Part shown: positions 11,191 to 21,275 of the stretch, piece by piece | How the letters are laid out: each line of letters opens with the position of its first letter | Numbering within the stretch: the stretch's first letter is position 1 | DNA from: Nitrospirota bacterium | Lineage (GTDB): Bacteria > Nitrospirota > UBA9217 | DNA: 64,000 nucleotides | Assembly: GCA_963751455.1 (NCBI GenBank) | Contig: CAVVUN010000009.1 | Coordinates: 256,001-320,000, forward strand | Reading direction: 5' to 3' | The notes under the pieces: generated by a model | Seen by the model: the letters and a program-made list of their open reading frames with translations, nothing else | What the model was told of the DNA's origin: nothing | Database searches by the model: none | Program-made: the position numbers and the translations under genes

Positions 11191-12621
11191 ATGGACATCA
11201 AAACATTAATTAAAATCTCGGATTATGTTTGGGAAATTCCCCGGCAAGGCGGCATGCTCGTACCGGGCAGGATCTTCGGGAGCGAACAGCTCGTTAAGGA
11301 AATGGATGAAAAGGTCCGCGAGCAGGTGACGAACGTTGCGATGCTTCCGGGGATACAGCTTTTCTCTCTTGCAATGCCGGATGCTCATTGGGGCTACGGG
11401 TTTCCTATCGGCGGCGTTGCCGCATTCGACCCGGATCAGGGGGGCATAATTTCCATGGGCGGAGTGGGGTTCGACATTTCCTGCGGCGTCCGGACCATGA
11501 AAACCGGGATGATTCGTGACGAAGTCATGTCGCGGCTCAAGACGCTAGCCGATCAATTCTATAACCGCGTGCCTGCAGGTGTCGGATCAGAAGGTTTGAT
11601 AAAACTTTCGCTGGAGCAGACTGATGATATGCTTGTCGGCGGAGCCGAGTGGGCAATAAAAAGGGGTTACGGTATACAGGACGATCTTCAGTACATCGAA
11701 GAAGGGGGCAGGGTGGATGGCGCGGATCCCGCACAGGTTTCGGAAACAGCCAAGAAGCGGCAGTATCGGGAGATGGGAACACTCGGATCAGGAAATCATT
11801 ACCTCGAGGTCCAGGTGGTTGCTGAAATCTACGATGAAAACGCGGCCTGGGCAATGGGAATCAATATGGAGGATGTGGTCATCTCGGTCCATTGCGGGTC
11901 CCGGGGTCTCGGACATCAGATAGGAACGGACGCTTTAAAGAACCTCGCCTATGCCGCGCAGAAATACAATATCAACATCAAAGATCGCGAACTTGCCTCC
12001 GCGCCCATTAATTCGCCTGAAGGTAAACGATATTTCGGCGCAATGTCTGCAGGAATCAATTGCGCTCTCGCAAACAGGCAGATCATCACGCACCTGGTTC
12101 GGGAGATATTTACGGAAGTGTATCCCGAGGGGCATATCAAGATGCTGTACGATATCAGCCATAATACCTGCAAAGTTGAGACGCACCTGGTCGAAGGAAA
12201 AAAGAAAAAGCTTTATGTCCACCGCAAAGGCGCTACACGCGCGTTCGGACCGGGTCAGATCGATCTCCCCCTGGAGTATCAACATGTCGGGCAGCCGGTA
12301 TTGATCGGCGGCACGATGGGGACGTCTTCATACATTTTAATCGGGACGGAAGAAGGAATGAAGCAGTCGTTCGGTTCCGCATGTCACGGGGCCGGGAGGT
12401 CCATGTCGAGGACCCAGGCCAAGAAAAAATGGCACGGCAGAGAGGTAGTAAAAGAGCTGGAAGAGCGGGGCATCCTCGTAAGGGGGCATTCCTATTCAGG
12501 GATAGCAGAGGAAGCGCCTGGTTCGTATAAGGATGTAATCGAAGTAGTTGAGTCGACACATAACGCCAACCTTGCCAGAAAAGTGGCGAGGGTAAAGCCG
12601 ATTGCCTGCATCAAGGGTTAA
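11191..12621 (+). CDS. rtcB: RtcB RNA 3'-phosphate/5'-OH ligase (archaeal/eukaryal-like long form)
   Basis: MPDAHWGYGFPIGGV, GVGFDISCG, GTLGSGNHY, HCGSRG, HRKGAT, HGAGR, EEAPGSYK. Confidence 0.96.
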   Translation: MDIKTLIKISDYVWEIPRQGGMLVPGRIFGSEQLVKEMDEKVREQVTNVAMLPGIQLFSLAMPDAHWGYGFPIGGVAAFDPDQGGIISMGGVGFDISCGVRTMKTGMIRDEVMSRLKTLADQFYNRVPAGVGSEGLIKLSLEQTDDMLVGGAEWAIKRGYGIQDDLQYIEEGGRVDGADPAQVSETAKKRQYREMGTLGSGNHYLEVQVVAEIYDENAAWAMGINMEDVVISVHCGSRGLGHQIGTDALKNLAYAAQKYNINIKDRELASAPINSPEGKRYFGAMSAGINCALANRQIITHLVREIFTEVYPEGHIKMLYDISHNTCKVETHLVEGKKKKLYVHRKGATRAFGPGQIDLPLEYQHVGQPVLIGGTMGTSSYILIGTEEGMKQSFGSACHGAGRSMSRTQAKKKWHGREVVKELEERGILVRGHSYSGIAEEAPGSYKDVIEVVESTHNANLARKVARVKPIACIKG

Positions 12622-12655
12622 ACTCGAGTAGTTGCCCGTATTGCTGCTGATTCGC

Positions 12656-12871
12656 TCACGTTGAACGTGGCTTTGAGTGATATACCCTTTTCATGTAACG
12701 ATCACCCCGCCTGAGTTCATCGAGGATATGTGTCAGTCGCTTCAGTTGTGTGGCTTCAAGCTTTGCGCGAGTAATCCGGCCTATATAATCGTTCTGCTGG
12801 TATGGCGGTCGGCTTCGATACGCTTCCAAAAGCCCGTTTTCAGCAAGCGCTTTCCGAACGAAGGAAGGCAT
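12656..12871 (-). CDS. YdeI/OmpD-associated family protein (true start uncertain)
   Basis: MPSFVRKAL..GLLEAYRSRPPYQQNDYI..I..AK...T..KRL. Confidence 0.7.
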   Translation of the reverse strand: MPSFVRKALAENGLLEAYRSRPPYQQNDYIGRITRAKLEATQLKRLTHILDELRRGDRYMKRVYHSKPRST

Positions 12872-12928
12872 TTTGTGAACAGGGCGCTTTAGCCGCAGTG
12901 TTTGCTCATCTTCATAAGAGAGTCTGTA

Positions 12929-13477
12929 TTATCGCCGCTCTCTCGGATGTTTTTTCTTGTAATCGAGCGGTCTTTCCTTCAAACCGTCAGGTCCCCATAT
13001 GCCCAGCTTTTTCTCTCGAGCAAAACGCTGTGCTTTCCTGAATCGGTCAACATATTTGCTGTTCGGCTGCATCGTGAATAAAACGGCATACCCGTCAAGA
13101 AGCATCTGTTCATTGATCAGCGTTTTGCCGGACCAAAGGTAAACGAGCAGACGATTATACTTGTCACGCTGTTCGAAGTCGGTTTCGATTGATACCTGCC
13201 AGTGTAGTTCTTTTAAAATATTTCTTAAATGCTCATGAGCCTTGGGACCCCAGGGTTCCTGGCCTGATTCAGGAGCATCGAGGCCGATCAGGCGGGTCCG
13301 GACTTCGTTGCCGTTCATTCTGACAGTCACAGTATCGCCGTCATTGACAGCAATCACGCGTGCAACACGAAGCTCAGGAGTCGTATCCGCTTGAGCCGGC
13401 CGGCAGAAACAGGCAGATACAATAACGATAAAAATGAGGAGATGTTTATAAAATCTCCTGCTGTGGCTTGCGATCAT
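12929..13477 (-). CDS. secreted thermonuclease (SNase) family
   Basis: VNDGDTV, RLIGLDAPE, DKYNRLL, AREKKLGIW; N-terminal hydrophobic segment. Confidence 0.9.
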   Translation of the reverse strand: MIASHSRRFYKHLLIFIVIVSACFCRPAQADTTPELRVARVIAVNDGDTVTVRMNGNEVRTRLIGLDAPESGQEPWGPKAHEHLRNILKELHWQVSIETDFEQRDKYNRLLVYLWSGKTLINEQMLLDGYAVLFTMQPNSKYVDRFRKAQRFAREKKLGIWGPDGLKERPLDYKKKHPRERR

Positions 13478-13539
13478 TATGTTTTGTGGTCCCTCATGTA
13501 ACTAAGGAGTCAAAATCTTCTCAAAACGGGAAGAATATT

Positions 13540-13645
13540 TACCGCGAAGACGCGAGGGACGCAAGGAAACCATGCAACATCTTTTCAGGTTTTAAAACCC
13601 TGCTGTTGGCTTTGCTTTCCTCGCGACCATTGCGCCTTTGCGGTT
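13540..13645. repeat. intergenic imperfect inverted repeat built from 9-mer units
   Basis: accgcgaag acgcgaggg acgcaagg ... cctcgcgacc attgcgcct ttgcggt; relatives at ~17062-17130, 18175-18315, 23448-23470, 24455-24570. Confidence 0.6.
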
Positions 13646-13687
13646 CAAGGTTTTACTTCCGGCTTGTCCGGGTTAGGATACGCAATT

Positions 13688-13716
13688 AAAAGGGCGGGCT
13701 TTGTAAAGCCCGCCCT
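13688..13716 (-). terminator. intrinsic terminator of the carbonic anhydrase gene
   Basis: 12-bp inverted repeat agggcgggcttt/aaagcccgccct followed by a T-run on the minus strand. Confidence 0.7.
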
Positions 13717-13739
13717 GTATAAGGAACAAATATCAGGTA

Positions 13740-14447
13740 TTAATGTGCCGTTGCCTGCGCATGAGTATGTGATGTCTTTGTCTCGATCGGGAGTGTTTCC
13801 ACCTGACCGCTCGCGAGATGATAAATCCCCGTTACCACCTTAAGTTCGCCTTTCTCGATGAGATGTTTCAGGATAGAACTCTTTTGCAAAGCGGTTGTGT
13901 ACGACTCCGCCACATTCTCCCGGATGGCGTTGTCCAGGATCTCGTCCCTGGTGCCGCCTTTTGCTTTAGCTTTCTTGACTGCCGGCTCTATTTTATTGAT
14001 GATCACGCCGATATTGCCTTCGGGCTTGCCGTGCGCGTCGAGCGCTGCCCCCACGGCGCCGCATTTATCGTGGCCCATAAGCACAAGCAGGGGGGCGTGA
14101 AGGTGCTCGGCTGCGTATTCGATGCTGCCGAGCGCAACCGCATCCAGCACATTGCCCGCAACGCGCACGACAAAGATATCGCCGAGACCCTGATTAAAGA
14201 TGTGTTCCGGGGCGACCCTCGAATCCGAGCAGGTGACGATAATCGCATGGGGATGCTGGCCGCCGGCCAGTTCCATCCTCCGGGCGCTGCTGACATCTGC
14301 CTGTACGAGAGCCCCTGACACGAAGCGTTTGTTACCGTCCGTAAGCCTGGCTATTACGTCTACGGATGTTTGCGGAGAGGTAAAGGCAAATACGGCGGAT
14401 ACCGCGACAGAAAAAATGAACGAGGCAACTATGCTTTTTTTCAACAT
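13740..14447 (-). CDS. beta-class carbonic anhydrase with signal peptide
   Basis: GNKRF, CSDSRV, RVAGN, SIEYA, GHDKCGAV zinc ligands. Confidence 0.92.
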   Translation of the reverse strand: MLKKSIVASFIFSVAVSAVFAFTSPQTSVDVIARLTDGNKRFVSGALVQADVSSARRMELAGGQHPHAIIVTCSDSRVAPEHIFNQGLGDIFVVRVAGNVLDAVALGSIEYAAEHLHAPLLVLMGHDKCGAVGAALDAHGKPEGNIGVIINKIEPAVKKAKAKGGTRDEILDNAIRENVAESYTTALQKSSILKHLIEKGELKVVTGIYHLASGQVETLPIETKTSHTHAQATAH

Positions 14448-14572
14448 TTTGTTTCTCCTCTTCTTCGGGTAAAATAAGGTGAAAATATGGCACGATTGAT
14501 ACTATATTTCAACCGATAATGTCAAGGACTACTTTTTGTTATCGATGGTATTCGTAGTCCGCATGATAAATC

Positions 14573-14622
14573 TTGACAAACTGCCACTTTTTGCTAGTAT
14601 TGTAAGTAAGTATTCACTTACA
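14573..14622 (+). promoter_or_regulatory. promoter with palindromic TetR-type operator
   Basis: TTGACA-16-TAGTAT followed by palindrome TGTAAGT-N8-ACTTACA just upstream of the TetR ORF. Confidence 0.6.
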
Positions 14623-14642
14623 AAAAGACCAATACCAATACA

Positions 14643-16091
14643 ATGCCCATCAAAAAGGATCGAATCATACGGAAGGTGCGGGGTGAGGTGAGGCGGGAGC
14701 AGATCGTTCGGGCCGCGCTCCTGATCATCGGCCAAAAAGGTGTGAGCAGTCTCACGACAGCTGCGATCGCGCGCGAAGTCGGCATCTCAGAGGGCAATCT
14801 CTATCGGCATTTCAAGAATAAGGATGAAATCTATTACGCAGCGGTTACACAAGTAAAAGAAATGATAATGAATAATCTGGAAAAAGCTCTGATGGGCAGT
14901 AGTGACCCGATACGGGTGTTAAAGCGCTTTTTTTCACTTCAGATCGAACTGATTGAACAAAACAGCGGAATTCCCCGGCTCATGTTTTCGGAAGAGCTGC
15001 ACGTTCACATGAATCTCCGGGAGAAGATACTTGAGACCATGCTTTCGGTTTCGAACAGACTCGCGTCAGTTATTAAAGACGGTCAGAAGGCAGGTTCAAT
15101 CAGAAAGGACATTGACCCGGTGACCACGATATCGATGTTTGTGGCCATGGTCCAGGGGCTGGCTTTTCGCTGGTCCCTGGGAGGGTTCTCTTTTTCTTTG
15201 ACAATCGAAGGTATGAAAACCTGGAAAAATTTTGAGAAGTGCATTGCGAAACAGGGAGAAGCTATGAAAAAGAGACTTATCGCAGCGGGTATACTTCTGA
15301 CGATCGCTCTCGCTGCAGTTCTGATACATCGGTTCGGCAATAATGAGAATGAAGACGTTATTTCAGTGTCGGGAAATGTCGAGGTTACCGAGATAAATGT
15401 AGCGTTTAAAATACCGGGCAGGGTGCTGTCACTATATACAGACGAAGGCCGGAGTGTGGCAAAAGGCGATAAACTTGCGGTTCTGGACAGCGCTGAATAT
15501 GAAAGCCAGGTAGCGCAGAACAGGGCGAATGTCATGAACGCCGATGCCGAACTCGAAAAGGCCGGAAAAGATCGTGAGCGCTCGGAGCTTCTTTATACAA
15601 GAGAGGCCATACCCGCGCAGCAGCTGGATAATGCAAGAACTGCGTATGATGTTGCGTTCGCGCATGCCGAGCTGGCAAAGGCATCGCTTCGAACGTCTGA
15701 AGTAAAATTAAAAGATACCGTCATCTTTGCGCCGACATCAGGGGTCGTCCTCATGAAGAACACCGAGGCCGGCGAAACTGTCGCAGCCGGGGTGCCCATA
15801 TTGACGATCGGCGACATGGAAAATCTTTGGGTTAAGGTATACGTGAGGGAAAACAAGCTTGGACTCGTGAAACCAGGGCAAAAGGCGCAGATCGTAACCG
15901 ATTCTTATCCCGAAAAAGTGTATGAAGGTTCAGTTTCCTATATTTCATCAGAAGCGGAATTTACACCGAAGAGTGTTCAGACCCAGGAAGAAAGAGTGAA
16001 GCTTGTGTTCGGTGTAAAGGTGAGCGTCAGAAATGTAAACAATGAGTTAAGGCCGGGCATGCCTGCGGATGTAAAAATACTTCTGAAGTAA
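14643..16091 (+). CDS. TetR-family regulator read in frame into a HlyD/YbhG-type membrane-fusion protein (HlyD start at 15264)
   Basis: HTH AIAREVGISEGNLYRHF; GGAGAAGCT-ATG at 15264, then TM and SGNVE, EAEFTPKSVQT..ERV.LVF, GMPAD. Confidence 0.85.
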   Translation: MPIKKDRIIRKVRGEVRREQIVRAALLIIGQKGVSSLTTAAIAREVGISEGNLYRHFKNKDEIYYAAVTQVKEMIMNNLEKALMGSSDPIRVLKRFFSLQIELIEQNSGIPRLMFSEELHVHMNLREKILETMLSVSNRLASVIKDGQKAGSIRKDIDPVTTISMFVAMVQGLAFRWSLGGFSFSLTIEGMKTWKNFEKCIAKQGEAMKKRLIAAGILLTIALAAVLIHRFGNNENEDVISVSGNVEVTEINVAFKIPGRVLSLYTDEGRSVAKGDKLAVLDSAEYESQVAQNRANVMNADAELEKAGKDRERSELLYTREAIPAQQLDNARTAYDVAFAHAELAKASLRTSEVKLKDTVIFAPTSGVVLMKNTEAGETVAAGVPILTIGDMENLWVKVYVRENKLGLVKPGQKAQIVTDSYPEKVYEGSVSYISSEAEFTPKSVQTQEERVKLVFGVKVSVRNVNNELRPGMPADVKILLK

Positions 16092-16122
16092 TGAGATAAC
16101 TTCAGCCACGAAGAGAAAACAT

Positions 16123-17034
16123 ATGACGGCAATCAAGACATCCAACCTTACAAAATCCTTCAACGGGAATATTGCCGTTAATAACCTCGAACTGGACATC
16201 AAGAAAGGCGAGCTCTTCGGGCTCGTGGGTCCGGACGGGGCGGGCAAGACCACGATCATGCGGCTGCTGACGGCCATCATGAAACCAACCTCGGGCGAGG
16301 CATGGGTGGCCGGTCATTCCGTACTGACCGATGGCGAGACGGTCAAGGAAAAGGTCGGGTATATGTCCCAGCGCTTCGGTCTTTATGAAGACCTTACCGT
16401 CAATGAAAATATCAACTTCTACGCCGACCTGTATGAAGTTCCGGCAAGGGACCGACCTTCGCGCATTGAACGCCTGCTCGGTTTCAGCAACCTTACGCCG
16501 TTCAGGGAGAGACTTGCGGGCAAACTCTCCGGCGGCATGAAGCAGAAACTCGGGCTCGCCTGCTCCCTGGTGCACACACCCGAAATACTGTTCCTCGACG
16601 AACCGACGAACGGCGTTGACCCGGTTTCGCGCAGGGACTTCTGGAAAATCCTGTATGATCTCCTGAAGCAGAAAATAACCATATTTGTCTCTACGGCATA
16701 TCTTGATGAGGCTGAGCGCTGCACACGGATCGGGCTGCTGCATGAGGGAAAGCTGATGACACAGGAACGACCGGACACTGTTAGAAAGTCCCTTGGGCTG
16801 CCAATGATCGAGGTGTGGTCGGAAAACGCCCGTCAAACAGCGGCCCGGATCAGCCAGATCAGCGGTGTGCGGAGAGTCAGCCTGTATGGGGACCGACTGC
16901 ATATCACGCTCGAGGAGAAAGCGATGACCCGGGAAGTCGTGGCCGAAATTCAGCAGATGGGTATTGCGATAAAAGATTTTCGGGAAATTGTTCCCTCGCT
17001 CGAGGACGTGTTTATTGCAATGGTGGAGAAATGA
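16123..17034 (+). CDS. ABC-2 transporter ATP-binding protein (YbhF-like half)
   Basis: GPDGAGKT, LSGGMKQK, LDEPT.GVDP. Confidence 0.93.
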   Translation: MTAIKTSNLTKSFNGNIAVNNLELDIKKGELFGLVGPDGAGKTTIMRLLTAIMKPTSGEAWVAGHSVLTDGETVKEKVGYMSQRFGLYEDLTVNENINFYADLYEVPARDRPSRIERLLGFSNLTPFRERLAGKLSGGMKQKLGLACSLVHTPEILFLDEPTNGVDPVSRRDFWKILYDLLKQKITIFVSTAYLDEAERCTRIGLLHEGKLMTQERPDTVRKSLGLPMIEVWSENARQTAARISQISGVRRVSLYGDRLHITLEEKAMTREVVAEIQQMGIAIKDFREIVPSLEDVFIAMVEK

Positions 17035-17238
17035 ATTTAAGTAACTACTCAGGTCATTTCTTTATCCGCAGATTACGCAGATTACGCAAATAAAAACAAA
17101 ACCCGAATTCTGGTTTTAAAATCTGCGGATAGAAGGCTTTTTCCCAGATTTGTCTTAATGCCGTTCTGAAAAGAAGCTGAATAGTTACGAATTTAATTGC
17201 AAATACGAAATGCCGATTTAGGAATGATTAAATTAAAC

Positions 17239-18165
17239 ATGGAAAATGATTCAAATGCAGTCAAAGTGCACGGCCTCAGCCGCACCTTCGGGGACTTTGT
17301 CGCTGTGGATCACATTGATCTTGCGGTGCGCAAGGGCCAGATTTTCGGATTTCTCGGCCCCAACGGCGCCGGCAAATCAACAACCATCAAAATGCTATGC
17401 GGGCTGCTTCTGCCGACCGGAGGAAGGGGAACAGTAGGCGGCTTTGACATAATTACTCAATCAGAACAGATCAAGCAGCACATCGGATATATGTCGCAGA
17501 AGTTCTCTCTCTATGACGACCTTACTGTTGAAGAGAACATTAATTTCTTCAACGGCATCTATAATGTAGCTTTTTCCAGGAAAGCAGAACGCAGGGATTG
17601 GGCCCTCGAAATGGCGGGACTCAAAGACAGACGGAATACGCTTACAAAGATTTTACCCGGCGGTTATAAGCAGAGGCTCGCGCTCGGCTGCGCCATATTG
17701 CATGAGCCTCCGATGCTGTTCCTCGATGAACCTACCTCGGGAGTAGATCCTGTTTCCCGGCGTAACTTCTGGAGCATGATCTATGGAATGTCGCAGGCAG
17801 GTACGACGGTTTTCGTGACGACCCACTACATGGATGAAGCGGATTACTGCGACCGTCTGGCGCTCATTTACCGCGGGAAAATCATTGCCGAAGGGTCTCC
17901 CCATCAACTTCGAAAGGATTTCATGAAACGCGACGTGGTTGAAATCGAGGTGGATCGCCTCTTCGAAGCGTTGGATATCCTGGACAGAAACAAGATCGAA
18001 TCGGCAATATTCGGCAGCGTTCTGCATGGCACGGTGGAAAACGCAGCGTCCGGAGAACCGGTTATTCGAAAGCTTTTGACCGATGAGGGGATAACCATCA
18101 GAAAGATCGAAAAAATCGTGCCGTCGCTGGAAGATGTTTTTGTGACGCTGATTGAAACAGCATGA
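17239..18165 (+). CDS. ABC-2 transporter ATP-binding protein
   Basis: GPNGAGKS, LPGGYKQR, LDEPTSGVDP, TTHYMDEA. Confidence 0.93.
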   Translation: MENDSNAVKVHGLSRTFGDFVAVDHIDLAVRKGQIFGFLGPNGAGKSTTIKMLCGLLLPTGGRGTVGGFDIITQSEQIKQHIGYMSQKFSLYDDLTVEENINFFNGIYNVAFSRKAERRDWALEMAGLKDRRNTLTKILPGGYKQRLALGCAILHEPPMLFLDEPTSGVDPVSRRNFWSMIYGMSQAGTTVFVTTHYMDEADYCDRLALIYRGKIIAEGSPHQLRKDFMKRDVVEIEVDRLFEALDILDRNKIESAIFGSVLHGTVENAASGEPVIRKLLTDEGITIRKIEKIVPSLEDVFVTLIETA

Positions 18166-18370
18166 TATCGAAGTTACCACAGAGTCACAGAGACATAGAT
18201 AACAGAATAAAGAAGTGAAGATGTTTTGGACGCAGATGAACGCGGAAACTGCCGGATTAAAGAAATTAAAAGATAGAAAAACTTATCTGCGTTAATCTGC
18301 GGAAATCTGCGTCCATGCTTAAGGTGCTAAAGATATTTGCATCGTGTTCCGCACGTGGTAGATTATTTAA

Positions 18371-19480
18371 ATGAAATTTCTTCGCATTAAAGCCATCTCA
18401 AAGAAAGAGCTTATCCAGATCTGGCGCGATCCCTTCAGCCTCGCCATGGCCTTTCTCATGCCTGTGCTCCTGCTCGTCATCTTCGGGTACGCCATAAGCT
18501 TCGACATCACGAACATCGATACCATCATTGTGGATAACGATAAAAGCAGTTTCAGCCGCGAATTTGCAGCCAGGCTGCAGTCGTCGGGTTATTTTACCAT
18601 CCTGGGCTATCTTGAAAAGTACGGAGACATCGATCATTATCTGGACTCGGGTAAAGCGAAGGTAGCAGTGATGATTCCCGAAGATTTCTCAAAAAATATC
18701 AGAGCAAACAGGAGCGCTCAGGTCGCCGCGATCGTGGACGGCAGTGATTCCAACACGGCAGCCATCGCGCTGGGATACCTGACGTCGCTTGCCGAACAGT
18801 ATTCGCAGTCCCTCGCAAATGTACGGATCGTCCCTCTCGTAGAGGCCCGCAGCCGGGTCTGGTACAATCCTGAGCTGAAATCGAGGAACTTTATTATCCC
18901 GGGACTGATTGCCGTGATCATGGCCGTGATTGCCGCGCTCCTGACTTCCCTTACCGTGGCCCGGGAGTGGGAGCGGGGGACCATGGAACAGCTCGTTTCG
19001 ACTCCACTCAAGACACCCGAACTGATCATCGGCAAATTACTGCCCTACCTTCTGATCGGTTTCAGCGATACCGTTGTTGCGGTGTCGATGAGCGTATTCC
19101 TGTTCGGGGTTCCCCTCAAGGGAAGCGTGGCGCTACTCATGGCTCTGGGCGGCCTGTTTCTGTTCGGCGCACTCTGTTGGGGCATCTTCATATCGATTGT
19201 TGCCCGGACTCAGCTCTTGTCAAGCCAGATAGCCCTCGTCAGCTCGTTCCTGCCTGCGTTTCTGCTGTCCGGATTCATGTTCTCGATCTGGAACATGCCG
19301 AGGCCGCTCCAGCTCGTGACCTATATTATCCCGGCGCGCTATTTCGTGACAATCCTGAAGGGGATATTTCTCAAGGGAAGCACTCTAGCTCTCTTGTCAG
19401 GACAGGCACTCCTCCTGGCTCTCTATGGGGCGGTTATTTTCTATGCTGCAACCAGGAAGTTCAGGAAGAGGGTAGAATAA
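18371..19480 (+). CDS. ABC-2 permease (YbhS-like)
   Basis: KELIQIWRD, WYNPEL.S..FIIPG, REWERGTMEQL. Confidence 0.92.
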   Translation: MKFLRIKAISKKELIQIWRDPFSLAMAFLMPVLLLVIFGYAISFDITNIDTIIVDNDKSSFSREFAARLQSSGYFTILGYLEKYGDIDHYLDSGKAKVAVMIPEDFSKNIRANRSAQVAAIVDGSDSNTAAIALGYLTSLAEQYSQSLANVRIVPLVEARSRVWYNPELKSRNFIIPGLIAVIMAVIAALLTSLTVAREWERGTMEQLVSTPLKTPELIIGKLLPYLLIGFSDTVVAVSMSVFLFGVPLKGSVALLMALGGLFLFGALCWGIFISIVARTQLLSSQIALVSSFLPAFLLSGFMFSIWNMPRPLQLVTYIIPARYFVTILKGIFLKGSTLALLSGQALLLALYGAVIFYAATRKFRKRVE

Positions 19481-19482
19481 TA

Positions 19483-20595
19483 ATGTTCGAGCGGATCAAG
19501 CACATCGTTATCAAAGAGTTCCTGCAGACTTTCCGTGACAAACGGATGCGCTTTTTTTTGATTATACCTCCCCTCGTGCAGCTCATGATGTTCGGGTATG
19601 TAGTGACCATGGATGTGGATCGGATCCCTACTGCAGTGTATGATTTGGACCGTTCGTCAGACAGCAGGGAACTGGTGCGGCGTCTTGCCTCCTCGGGTTA
19701 TTTCATTATCAACGAACAGGCCCGCAGTTCGATGGAGATCATGGATATGCTTGACCGGGGCAAAATTATTTGCTCGGTCCAGATCAATCAGGGCTTCCAG
19801 GAGCAGGTCCGGAGAGGAATACCGACCTCGGTCCAGGTGCTGGTCGACGGGACCGATTCCAATACCGCGCTGATTGCCCTGGGATATATTGAGCGTGTGA
19901 TAGCGAAATTCGGAGCTGAACGGTCACAAAGAAAATCAGCAATCAGCGCGGGCAGGATCGATTTACGAACCCGGGCATGGTACAACCCGGAGCTCAAGAG
20001 CAGAAATTATAATGTGCCCGGTGTTATCGGGTCAATTCTCATGCTCATCTGTCTCATGCTCACGGCCATGGCAATCGTCAGGGAGCGGGAAGTGGGGACC
20101 ATGGAGCAGCTGATGGTTACGCCCATCACGTCATTTGAACTAATGCTTGGAAAGACCATCCCGTTCGCGTTAATCGGGTTCGTCGATATGATTATCATCA
20201 CGGCCGTTGGGATAAGCTGGTTCAGAGTACCGATTCACGGGTCGATACTCGTTCTCTTCCTGTCCTCCGGTGTTTATATTCTCTCCGCGCTCGGCATCGG
20301 GCTGTTCATCTCCACGGTTTCGAGAACCCAGCAACAGGCGCTCATGGCCACGATGCTGTTCTATATGCCTGCTATTCTTCTATCGGGCTTTGCATTTCCA
20401 GTCGAAAATATGCCGAAGATCTTTCAGTACATTACCTATCTCAATCCGCTTCGCTATTTTCTCGTGATCATTAGAGGCATATTCCTGAAAGGGAACGGCC
20501 TTGCTGTCTTGTGGCCGCACATACTCGCGCTATTAATCATGGGCCTGATCGTAATAGCCCTTAGTTCCTTGCGTTTCAGGAAACGTTTAGGATAA
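19483..20595 (+). CDS. ABC-2 permease (YbhR-like)
   Basis: Start at MFERIKHIVIKEF; REREVGTMEQL, NPLRYF. Confidence 0.92.
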   Translation: MFERIKHIVIKEFLQTFRDKRMRFFLIIPPLVQLMMFGYVVTMDVDRIPTAVYDLDRSSDSRELVRRLASSGYFIINEQARSSMEIMDMLDRGKIICSVQINQGFQEQVRRGIPTSVQVLVDGTDSNTALIALGYIERVIAKFGAERSQRKSAISAGRIDLRTRAWYNPELKSRNYNVPGVIGSILMLICLMLTAMAIVREREVGTMEQLMVTPITSFELMLGKTIPFALIGFVDMIIITAVGISWFRVPIHGSILVLFLSSGVYILSALGIGLFISTVSRTQQQALMATMLFYMPAILLSGFAFPVENMPKIFQYITYLNPLRYFLVIIRGIFLKGNGLAVLWPHILALLIMGLIVIALSSLRFRKRLG

Positions 20596-20693
20596 TATGT
20601 GGATTGTATTTCGACTGCGACTGCAAGTTTATGCTATAGTTTTATTAATTAGGCGCTTACGCCCATAACATCGACAATCTTTTGTCGATGTTT

Positions 20694-20755
20694 GTAGGGC
20701 AACCCTTCAGGGTTGCGGCTTCCCGGTGATCAGCAAGGCTAAAGCCTCGCCCTAC
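20694..20755. repeat. REP doublet (GTAG...CTAC)
   Basis: GTAGGGCAACCCTTCAGGGTTGC ... GCAAGGCTAAAGCCTCGCCCTAC. Confidence 0.7.
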
Positions 20756-20826
20756 AAAAGCGTTAAATTCAAACTGCCCGAAGGGCCTAAAACCATTCAC
20801 AAATAACTTTAACAAAGGGAGATCGC

Positions 20827-20985
20827 ATGGACAAATGGCAATGTACGGTTTGCGGCTGGATCTATGATCCGGCTAATGGTGACCCGGACGGCGGAATTGC
20901 ACGGGGAACACCTTTTGAAAAGATACCTGATTCATGGGTGTGCCCGGTATGCGGAGCTGGCAAAGACGCATTTGAAAAAATATAA
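20827..20985 (+). CDS. rubredoxin (not in ORF track)
   Basis: Manual translation [52 protein letters not shown]; GGAG RBS. Confidence 0.97.
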   Translation: MDKWQCTVCGWIYDPANGDPDGGIARGTPFEKIPDSWVCPVCGAGKDAFEKI

Positions 20986-21275
20986 CGTCCGGGCGGTGCA
21001 ATCCCGGGAAGATTGCAAACAGATCCGATAACCGGAGGTGCAAAAATGAAAACGAGGGAAAATAATCTGTTTTTCCTTCATTGTGGGCCTTTTCCTGATG
21101 GGCTCTCCGCTGACAATCAATAACGTCGACTATTAAACTGATTTTTTTACGCCCCTGCACTATGCAGGGGTGTTTGTTTATTTAAAATAAGGCTCAAGCA
21201 AACATTATTCCTATAGCAATCAATCTTTGCTATAATAGTCAAAGTTATTAAGCCGGATCGTCTCAAAGGGGGTCT

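Noticed and set aside
18967-19482. Long N-terminal extension of the second ABC permease in the ORF track
   Set aside because: Overlaps the first permease out of frame; the real start is 19483
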